The translations under genes were made by a program, and so were the position numbers. This document shows, one piece after another, positions 17,157 through 24,797 of a stretch of 40,831 nucleotides of DNA (position 1 is its first letter; each line of letters begins with the position of its first letter). The DNA is taken from positions 1 through 40,831 of the IMG/VR virus record IMGVR_UViG_3300047505_000003; one strand, written 5' to 3'. The notes under the pieces were generated by a model. The model did no database searches, was not told the origin of the DNA, and worked only from the letters and a program-made list of their open reading frames with translations. The stretch is from a virus (taxonomy: Duplodnaviria; Caudoviricetes).

Positions 17157-18455
17157 ATGTCACAGCAAGTAGAAATATACAGAGCTTTAAACTTTCACAA
17201 ACTCGGTAGTCCAACCGTAGCAAGTTCTATTGTTTGTACCGCTAGCGGTACGGAACTTAACCTTGGTGGGGATTACCACAATACTAACACCTATGAAGCA
17301 ACAGCGTACATCATAGATGGCTACTGCACCAGCCTCGCAGAGCATTACGTATCAGGAACAGCACTACGTCGATGGGGTGTGGATAGTAACGTAGACACAG
17401 GCTCTACCGACCTAACGGGGGACACCTATGCTGGCGGTGTTCGTGGCAGATTAGTGATTGGCACTACGCAGTCCAACGCTTCTTTAACGGGTGTTGTGGG
17501 CTGTGTAGACGTAGGAGCTTCCAAGAATATACAGGGCAACGTCTTTGGCGTTGATGCTGTGTTGGACTTCTATGGAGCTTGCACGGCTGGCTCTGGCGCA
17601 GCGTTCCATGCGGGTGCTATACGTGGCACGATTTGGAATGAAGGCACGACCACCGTTGGGGCTGGTGGCATACTCGCTGGCTTGAACTTGTATCAGGTTA
17701 GCGGTGCGCCAACTCTCGGTTCGGGAGCTAAGAACCCTGCTATCTACATCCGTTCTGGAAGCACAGCACAGGCTTGGCAATACGGTATTTACATTGTGAA
17801 CACCGATGTCAAACGTGCCTTGCAGGTGGGAACTGCTTCGGAAACGGGAGCCTCTATTATAGATGGTGCTGGCATCAACCTTGCGAAAGAGTATGGTGCT
17901 GGTTCCACTAATAGACAGATGGGTATTGAAGTCAATGCTGATACTGGCTCAACTGACCTTACTGGCAATACCTATCAGGCTGCCATAAGGGGGCGCACAG
18001 TTATCGGTACTACTCAAACCAACGCCTCTATCTGTGGCGTTATAGGTTGCGTGGATGTCGGCATAAGCAAGAACATTCAAGGCAACTACTATGGCCTAGA
18101 TGGAGTTCTTGACTTCTACGGTGCGTCTACAGTAGGAACAGGCGCAGCCTCATTCAACGGTGCTATACGTGGCACAGTATGGAACGAAGGGAACACAACC
18201 CTCGGTGCTGGTGCGGTGCTTTGTGGTATCGACTTGTACGAAGTGGGTGCGGTGTACTCCTCAGGCTCAGGTGCTCTAAACCCAGCTGTTAATGTCAGGG
18301 GAGCATGGACAGCAGTATTCAATGTATCTGCTGCTAGTTGCTATGCTACTAATACAAATGCCATTGTTGTTGCCCCTGCTTACGACATCGTAGTCACGAT
18401 AAACGGTACGGTTGGCTACATTCCTGTCTGGACAGACCGTACTTGGAACGCCTAA
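17157..18455 (+). CDS. Beta-helix-like virion protein (head fibre/spike) with an internal ~120-aa duplication
   Basis: DTGSTDLTG...NPA repeated at a 182-aa offset; Gly/Ala/Thr-rich. Confidence 0.7.
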   Translation: MSQQVEIYRALNFHKLGSPTVASSIVCTASGTELNLGGDYHNTNTYEATAYIIDGYCTSLAEHYVSGTALRRWGVDSNVDTGSTDLTGDTYAGGVRGRLVIGTTQSNASLTGVVGCVDVGASKNIQGNVFGVDAVLDFYGACTAGSGAAFHAGAIRGTIWNEGTTTVGAGGILAGLNLYQVSGAPTLGSGAKNPAIYIRSGSTAQAWQYGIYIVNTDVKRALQVGTASETGASIIDGAGINLAKEYGAGSTNRQMGIEVNADTGSTDLTGNTYQAAIRGRTVIGTTQTNASICGVIGCVDVGISKNIQGNYYGLDGVLDFYGASTVGTGAASFNGAIRGTVWNEGNTTLGAGAVLCGIDLYEVGAVYSSGSGALNPAVNVRGAWTAVFNVSAASCYATNTNAIVVAPAYDIVVTINGTVGYIPVWTDRTWNA

Positions 18456-18460
18456 AACTA

Positions 18461-18499
18461 AATAAAAGGCTTCGGGTGGTGAGCCAGAAATCACCGCCC
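18461..18499 (+). promoter_or_regulatory. H-type pseudoknot-like RNA element (third copy)
   Basis: AATAAAA-GGC-TTC-GGGTGGTGA-GCC-AGAAA-TCACCGCCC. Confidence 0.55.
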
Positions 18500-18522
18500 A
18501 ATAAAATATAGAGAGGGATTGT

Positions 18523-18936
18523 ATGAAATTCAAGAATGAGGACATCTATGTAGCTTTAGGTGGGCAAGAGCCGCTATTTTCAAAGCTGACAGGCATGAAG
18601 TGGCCTGTAAGAACTGCCTATGCTTTAGCGAAGATGGCGAGCAAACTCAATGACCAGTTCAAAGTTATAGAGGATGTCAGGTTGGGACTGATTAAGAGAT
18701 ACGGTGAGGTTAATGAAAAAGGGAACACTGAAATTAAACAGACTGTCTTAAAGGACGGCATCGAAACGCCCAACCCTTTATGGGCAGCATTTGTAGGGGA
18801 GTTTAATGAGCTTATGGGGCAGGAGGTGGAGATTGTGGTGGAGAAGGTAAAGCTCCCCCAGAAGACAGGGACAACCGACGTGGAGATTGAGCCAAACATA
18901 CTGCTGGCTCTGGAGAAATTTATCGAGGTGGAATAA
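18523..18936 (+). CDS. DUF1617-like phage protein (possible fibre chaperone)
   Basis: PVRTAYALAK...RLGLIKRYGE...FVGEFNELMGQEVEI pattern. Confidence 0.65.
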   Translation: MKFKNEDIYVALGGQEPLFSKLTGMKWPVRTAYALAKMASKLNDQFKVIEDVRLGLIKRYGEVNEKGNTEIKQTVLKDGIETPNPLWAAFVGEFNELMGQEVEIVVEKVKLPQKTGTTDVEIEPNILLALEKFIEVE

Positions 18937-19131
18937 ATGAGAATATCAGCAACCAAGAGTGGAGAACCCATAGTCATTGTGGATTTCCTTTACAAGAGCA
19001 ATGACAGCCTTAAAGCAATTTACATCAAACAGGACGGTACTGTGAACGATGACAACGCAAACAGTGTAGTAATAACCGACTATGACTATACCCATGACAT
19101 AGCACCAGTCGGTGGGATTTATAAAAGATAG
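18937..19131 (+). CDS. Hypothetical protein
   Basis: 64 aa ORF abutting the previous gene. Confidence 0.65.
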   Translation: MRISATKSGEPIVIVDFLYKSNDSLKAIYIKQDGTVNDDNANSVVITDYDYTHDIAPVGGIYKR

Positions 19132-19140
19132 GAGACAACT

Positions 19141-19524
19141 ATGGAATGGAGTACATGGAAGACAGCAACAATAGACATAGACAGGGCAAGCGAGTTCTCA
19201 GGAGATGATGTTGACCAGTATTCGAGTTTGGTGGACTTGGGTAGCCCATACGATACACTGGTGATTTTTTCAGAGACCCTAACAACCTCTCCGATTAACG
19301 TATATGTCCAGCGTTTGGCCTCAACAGCCATTGTCCCTAAACCTGTACATCATGGGCAGGTCACAGGGGCAGCTTGGGGGACGGCAATCTGGGTCACAAC
19401 GGGAGGGGCTGGCGATAATTCCATCACCTGTCCTATCGGCGGACACCAATACGTCAGGATTCGCTGTACCACAAACCAAGAGACAACTGATAAGACCATC
19501 TATGTACGTGGGACACGTTCTTAA
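19141..19524 (+). CDS. Hypothetical virion protein (beta-sandwich-like)
   Basis: 127 aa with RBS AGGAG; S.LVDLG...GHQYVRIRC pattern. Confidence 0.7.
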   Translation: MEWSTWKTATIDIDRASEFSGDDVDQYSSLVDLGSPYDTLVIFSETLTTSPINVYVQRLASTAIVPKPVHHGQVTGAAWGTAIWVTTGGAGDNSITCPIGGHQYVRIRCTTNQETTDKTIYVRGTRS

Positions 19525-19597
19525 ACGCCCAAAATATCCGTTGACAGAGGGGCAGGCTGAGTAAAACATCGGACTGGTGTGTTTATAGGAGATAGTT

Positions 19598-20860
19598 ATG
19601 ACAACAACACTGGCTTTATTAAGAAAAGGGTTGTGCCAGCAGGCTAATGCTTGGTGGGGAAGCACCACAACGTCTACTGGAGCAACGACATATTTGTATG
19701 ATACTACTTTGTCTGATAGGGTGTCCCCGCCGAAAGCCAACGAGTTTGTGCTGGTGACTTCGGGGACGTACACAGGGAAGCGGAAAGTGGCTACCTATAC
19801 AGCAGGGGCAACACCGCAAATCGCTTGGACAAAAGTGTTCAGTGGGAACATAGCCAGTGGTGTAACCTATGAACTGCACACATTCGACCCTGACCTAATC
19901 ACCGATGCTTTAAATTGGGCAAGGGTGGATGCGTACCCGTATGTCGGGCGGGTACTGGACAATACTACAATCTTCACACAAGAGAATGTGCATAAGTACA
20001 CCTTACCGTCTACGGTGAAAGATGTGAGGCAGGTGTACTTGGGGAATTGGGTAGGGGCTGATGTGGACGAGAACTTACTGTCTAACGGCGACTTTGAGGA
20101 TTGGACTGGGGCTGCCCCCGACGATTGGGACACCCCGACCAACATCACTACCGCCAAAGAATCCAACGAGGACTTTGTGATGAAAGGGGACTACTCCTGT
20201 AAATGCACAGGGACTTCATCGGCTGGGTCTATCTATCAGACTGTCTCCACGCCGTCAACTTATTCTGGGATGCGGGTGAGTCTCCAAGTCCATGTTTATT
20301 GTCGCACCGCCACTAGACTCAAGGCTTCCATTTACGACACCTCGGCCAACGAAGGGTCGTACCATTCAGGTAACGGTTGGGAATGGCTGGAGGTTTCGTA
20401 TAATGTACCCGCCTCACCGACGCTGTTAAAGGGTGGGGTCACTTGCCTTGCTGGTACTGCGATTACGTTCTACATAGACGAAGCTATACTGACGATTAGT
20501 GATATGCCAGTGTCCACTCCAGGACAACCCGTCTGGCACTGGAGGCAGGTGGACAATGTGCTGGAGTTCATCGACCATACCCCGCCAGCGTTCCGTCCCA
20601 TACGCATAGTCGGGACAGGGTACGCAACAGCGGTGAGTGCGGACACCGATACGATGGAGATTGATGCACCACAGACCGACATACTATATGCAGGGGCATT
20701 GACCTATCTTTATAAGCAACTGATGTCTGGGTCAGGGTCTCTCAATATGCCAGCTGCCACTGAGAAGTTGGGTGAGTGGTTGGGGTTTTATGAGCTTTAC
20801 AAGAGAACTAAGTCTGTGTCTATCCCTACAATGATAAGGGTTGGGAGGAATCCACTGTGA
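19598..20860 (+). CDS. Putative head-tail adaptor with an inserted carbohydrate-binding-like domain
   Basis: Adaptor-like MTTTLALLR...ITDALNWA...YTLPS N-terminus and ILYAGALTYLY C-terminus; central NLLSNGDFEDW...GSIYQTV...FYIDEA resembles CBM4/9. Confidence 0.6.
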   Translation: MTTTLALLRKGLCQQANAWWGSTTTSTGATTYLYDTTLSDRVSPPKANEFVLVTSGTYTGKRKVATYTAGATPQIAWTKVFSGNIASGVTYELHTFDPDLITDALNWARVDAYPYVGRVLDNTTIFTQENVHKYTLPSTVKDVRQVYLGNWVGADVDENLLSNGDFEDWTGAAPDDWDTPTNITTAKESNEDFVMKGDYSCKCTGTSSAGSIYQTVSTPSTYSGMRVSLQVHVYCRTATRLKASIYDTSANEGSYHSGNGWEWLEVSYNVPASPTLLKGGVTCLAGTAITFYIDEAILTISDMPVSTPGQPVWHWRQVDNVLEFIDHTPPAFRPIRIVGTGYATAVSADTDTMEIDAPQTDILYAGALTYLYKQLMSGSGSLNMPAATEKLGEWLGFYELYKRTKSVSIPTMIRVGRNPL

Positions 20861-22641
20861 GCCCCAAGATAAAAAGACCCGATAACGCCGACACCCTGCG
20901 TGGGAGGCAAGGGGGTGATTATATTGTCTATAATAAAGACAAACAAATCACTGCCGACATGACATTAGCAAGGCGTGGGAAGTCCGATGCGTCGTTGGCG
21001 ACGTTGGGGGACATTAAGCAGTTCGGCAGTTGGGGGTTTGATTTATCACTCACTTCTGATGCAGGGTGGACAAAGGAAACGACAAGCGGCGGCACTATAG
21101 CTTTCACCAATAATACTGTCGTATTTGCTCCCGTATCGGCGGCAGACCCTATGGTATCGTCTTTATATAATACGACTGATTTTGACCTTAATTTCACTGA
21201 TGAATGGGAAGTGGAATGGACGTTTAGCCAACTAGGGGAGCAAAGTTCTGTTTTCTATGGTTGGTGTGCATTGAAAAGCCCTAGTGAAAACTCTACTGCT
21301 CTTTTCGCATGGGGGAATTATTCTGGGGCAGACGATGAAACTTACATTTATGGCGGTTGTGTTAAGGCAGGAGTGACAACCAAGACAAAACTATGCACAT
21401 GGGCAGAATCCACCGAATACAAACTCAAGATGATAGGGCGTGGGACGAGTATCGAGTATTACGTTAATGATGTCCTTTATAAAACCCTTAATGATGTTGG
21501 GACTAACATCAGTTCAACGGTAGGGGTGCTGGATAAGATTCAGATAGATTATGGCAATACTACCGCATGGACGGCGGGTGCTAATCTCATCCTTACAGGT
21601 CTGTCATTCTCCGCCAATACCGCCAATGCTGGTGCAGGGAGTGGTGTGGCAGCACTTGCAAATGCCGATATGGTAGCAAGCCTTGATGATATAATCGTAA
21701 CGCATACCGATGTGGACGATACCCCTGTGGATGGGGATACTGCCGACCCCATATCCTCTAATTGGGCACATGACCACGATGCCGATGCTGATGCCCACCA
21801 CGACAAGGATCATGACCACTCATCTAGTTCGGAAGGTGGAGATGCTCTTGCCCCCAAGACCCTCATTATGGCTGGTGGTGCAGGAAGCCAAGTAACCCTA
21901 CCTGCATTAACTTTAACTGAGAGGGATGCCCTGCCCGCAGTTGCGGGTATGATTATTAAAAATACCACATGGAACACAATAGATATTTGCTGGTATGTTG
22001 AGGATAAACCGTATCCGTATTGGTACTCTATACCTTTGCAGGATTGGGTGCAATCTCAGAGTTTCTTCTGTTTGAATTGTTATCTTGATGCCGATGAGGG
22101 TACTTTCTACCGTAAGATTATCGGGACTGCAAATATACTGAGAATTAGTGACAATGGATTTTCATTCTTTTCTGCGGAGAGTGATGAAGCTGGCAGTGCT
22201 GTGGACTTAACTGCGAGCAAGGTTATGGCAGTAGGGCAGGCAGGTACTCTGTATCTATATAAAAGTGGAATAGAAGTACCTGCTCTAGCTCTTATTGATG
22301 GCAGGGATGTGTCTGTTGATGGTGCTAAGCTAGATGGGATAGCGGCAGGGGCTACGGTAGATGACCACATGGTGATGGTAGTCTCTGGTGATACAGCAAA
22401 GTATTTGAATGAAAAATTATTTGTTACATCTGATTTGAGTATCATTGAGGCGGCACCTCCCAATAGTAGGATGACTATTGGTATTGCTAATCCCTTTACT
22501 GAGGATGATGAGACTAAGCTAGACGGAATAGAAGCTCTTGCTGATGTAACAGATGCAGATAACGTACTGCCGTTACTGAGCCATATAGTTTGTTATGAAG
22601 ATGCCATAGTCTGCCACAATGACGAGATTGTTTACGTATAG
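20857..22641 (+). CDS. Tail fibre/receptor-binding protein (mosaic)
   Basis: Lectin-like beta segment, His/Asp-rich linker, and fibre motifs DGAKLDGIAAGA and ETKLDGIEALADVTD. Confidence 0.7.
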   Translation: MSPKIKRPDNADTLRGRQGGDYIVYNKDKQITADMTLARRGKSDASLATLGDIKQFGSWGFDLSLTSDAGWTKETTSGGTIAFTNNTVVFAPVSAADPMVSSLYNTTDFDLNFTDEWEVEWTFSQLGEQSSVFYGWCALKSPSENSTALFAWGNYSGADDETYIYGGCVKAGVTTKTKLCTWAESTEYKLKMIGRGTSIEYYVNDVLYKTLNDVGTNISSTVGVLDKIQIDYGNTTAWTAGANLILTGLSFSANTANAGAGSGVAALANADMVASLDDIIVTHTDVDDTPVDGDTADPISSNWAHDHDADADAHHDKDHDHSSSSEGGDALAPKTLIMAGGAGSQVTLPALTLTERDALPAVAGMIIKNTTWNTIDICWYVEDKPYPYWYSIPLQDWVQSQSFFCLNCYLDADEGTFYRKIIGTANILRISDNGFSFFSAESDEAGSAVDLTASKVMAVGQAGTLYLYKSGIEVPALALIDGRDVSVDGAKLDGIAAGATVDDHMVMVVSGDTAKYLNEKLFVTSDLSIIEAAPPNSRMTIGIANPFTEDDETKLDGIEALADVTDADNVLPLLSHIVCYEDAIVCHNDEIVYV

Positions 22642-22649
22642 GAGGTATT

Positions 22650-23027
22650 ATGACAGCATTAAATGAGACTGCATTAACCAGACTTGCTACGGTAACAGGA
22701 GTGGATATGAAGACAGCAGGGAAAACCACCCTTTATACCGTCCCTGTTGGTAAGACCTTCTATCCTTTTATGGTAATAGTCAGGGAGACATCCGCATCAC
22801 TGGCAGGTGGTACAGAGTATGATTTTGGTACTGGGGCTAACTGCGACACGTGGATACAGGATGTTGACTTGTCTGCCATGACCACACTGGGGAGTGACTT
22901 TAAGGTAATCACTTCAACATCGAAGTTTACCGATTGTGCCGCCGCTAGTGTGTTTGGGATTAAAGTCATTACGGGTTCAACTGGCGCATGTACCGCAACC
23001 ATAGATGTGTTTGGGTTCTTGGCATAA
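22650..23027 (+). CDS. Small tail/virion protein
   Basis: TTLYTVPVGKTF motif; RBS AGGAGG. Confidence 0.75.
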   Translation: MTALNETALTRLATVTGVDMKTAGKTTLYTVPVGKTFYPFMVIVRETSASLAGGTEYDFGTGANCDTWIQDVDLSAMTTLGSDFKVITSTSKFTDCAAASVFGIKVITGSTGACTATIDVFGFLA

Positions 23028-23037
23028 GGAGAATGAT

Positions 23038-24051
23038 ATGGCTGATATAAAAATGAAATCAGGAGCACGGTTCGAGCAATACGAAGTGGAGGATGGTGTC
23101 GTCCATCAGCATCCCAACAAGAGTTTACTGGACACTTATAGTCAATCCGATACTGATTTAGGGGATGCGATATCCAAGAAGCACAGTAACGCCTCAGACC
23201 ATGCCCATGCCAATATAGAGTTACTTAATGCCTATACTGGAAGCACTGGTCTAGGCGATATGACCAAAGCTATCTATGATTCCAACTCAGACGGGGTGAT
23301 AGAGCCTGCCCAATTAAATCTATCGGGGAAAGCCGATGCTTCACATGCCCACGTTCCTACCGATATGACAGGGACGGCGGTTATTACCTCCGATTCGAGG
23401 TTATCAGATGCACGGATACCAACCTCCCACAGTCATGCCCCTATCGATGTAACGGGGACTGCGGTTGTTACTAACGATTCCCGCCTGTCCGATGCCCGTA
23501 CGCCACTTGTCCACAATCAGGACTGGTCAACTATTACAACAGGCAAGCCTACAACTTTATCTGGTTATGGTATTACAGACGCTAACCCGTTAAGGTTGGT
23601 CTATAATCTCGCTGCTGCTGTGGCAACTTCGGGAACGGGCGAGACTAAACTGTTTAATCTACAAGTACCTGCCAATCGTGCGGTGGTAGGTTCGACTTAC
23701 CGAATCAGGATGGTGGGGAACTCATCATCAACTGGGACTTTAATCTTTAGGGTGAGAGTCGGTGCAAACGGCACAACCTCTGATAACCAAGTCTGGATTT
23801 CAACTACAAGCGCAGCTCAAGTTGCTAATGCTAGGGCAGGGATTCTTGATGTTCTGGTCACGGTGCGTTCTGCTACCACTGCTATCGCTGATGGTGTAGC
23901 CCACGCAGGGGCAGTTATGTTGCCTACACTTATTGGGGCACCTGCAACTGCTGCCATTGTAATATCATCTGCTTGGTATATAGACGTGGATTGCACCTGC
24001 TCAAGCGGGACATTCACTGCACAAGTAGGTTCGATAGAGGAAGTTAAGTAA
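23038..24051 (+). CDS. Tail fibre protein
   Basis: Start at ATG 23038 after AAGGAG. Contains GDMTKAIYDSNSDG, two 28-aa H.H..TD.TGTAV.T.DSRLSDAR repeats and KPTTLSGYGITD. Confidence 0.78.
   Translation: MADIKMKSGARFEQYEVEDGVVHQHPNKSLLDTYSQSDTDLGDAISKKHSNASDHAHANIELLNAYTGSTGLGDMTKAIYDSNSDGVIEPAQLNLSGKADASHAHVPTDMTGTAVITSDSRLSDARIPTSHSHAPIDVTGTAVVTNDSRLSDARTPLVHNQDWSTITTGKPTTLSGYGITDANPLRLVYNLAAAVATSGTGETKLFNLQVPANRAVVGSTYRIRMVGNSSSTGTLIFRVRVGANGTTSDNQVWISTTSAAQVANARAGILDVLVTVRSATTAIADGVAHAGAVMLPTLIGAPATAAIVISSAWYIDVDCTCSSGTFTAQVGSIEEVK
23344..23511 (+). repeat. 84-bp (28-aa) degenerate tandem repeat within the tail fibre gene
   Basis: HAHVPTDMTGTAVITSDSRLSDARIPTS / HSHAPIDVTGTAVVTNDSRLSDARTPLV. 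Confidence 0.85.
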
Positions 24052-24790
24052 TGGCTAAGAAGATAATACTTGGCACAGACTTCACATTGAATGAGGATAG
24101 GACTGTATCCCTCGGCTCAAAGACGTTTATTACGTCTGCTGATGCAGGTACTACCGCAGCCGATACCACACCTCTTGTTGATTCTGCTGGTGGTTCTGCT
24201 ACTACTTGGTCTAAGTCTGACCATGCCCATCAATCCCCAGGAGGCATAGCAGCACTAACCAGTCAGGTATCAATAGCCAACTCCAATACCGAGACGCAGC
24301 TGCTTGGTGCAACTATCCCTGCCAACCTACAAGGGGTAGGGACAACGTTCAGGATAGTGGCTCATGGTACAGTATCGACTTATGCCATTGTCCAAGTAGT
24401 GACCTTAAGGGCAAGGATTGGGAGTACAACACTAACGGGGAATACAATCCTTTCTTTTGTTCTTTCTATTGCGGCTTTGGTAACTGGGAAATGGTGGCAT
24501 GTAGATGCATTGTGTAATGTTGAGACGGCAGGAGTAAATGGTGGCATGTAGATGCATTGTGTAATGTTGAGACGGCAGGAGTAAATGGTGCAATTATTGG
24601 GAATGCAACTTTGCTAAATAATACTGCTACTGCTGTTGCTGCTGTAACTCAAGGGACGGTAAATACAGCTACAGTAGCAGTGGATACTACCGCCCAAGAA
24701 ATCCTCGAACTCACAGCGAAGTGGACTACTGCCAATGCAGGTAATATCATTACCTGTGATAACGCTTCTATAGAGATTGTAAAGATGTGA
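24051..24790 (+). pseudogene. Tail fibre paralog interrupted by a 47-bp tandem duplication (the ORFs at 24051-24551 and 24557-24790 are one gene)
   Basis: Removing one repeat unit gives a 693-nt open frame (230 aa) reading ...GKWWHVDALCNVETAGVNGAIIGNAT.... Confidence 0.85.
24489..24590 (+). repeat. Perfect 47-bp tandem duplication bounded by the 8-bp microhomology AAATGGTG
   Basis: AAATGGTGGCATGTAGATGCATTGTGTAATGTTGAGACGGCAGGAGT at 24489 and 24536, then AAATGGTG at 24583. Confidence 0.97.
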
Positions 24791-24797
24791 GGTATGT

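Noticed and set aside
17390-18300. Possible DGR template/variable repeat pair
   Set aside because: Differences fall at all bases, mostly in synonymous positions within one ORF, which fits an old intragenic duplication; there is no RT gene.
24489-24590. Possible CRISPR or DGR repeat
   Set aside because: The copies are directly adjacent with no spacers and are identical, with no adenine-specific variation, and no reverse transcriptase or cas gene was seen.
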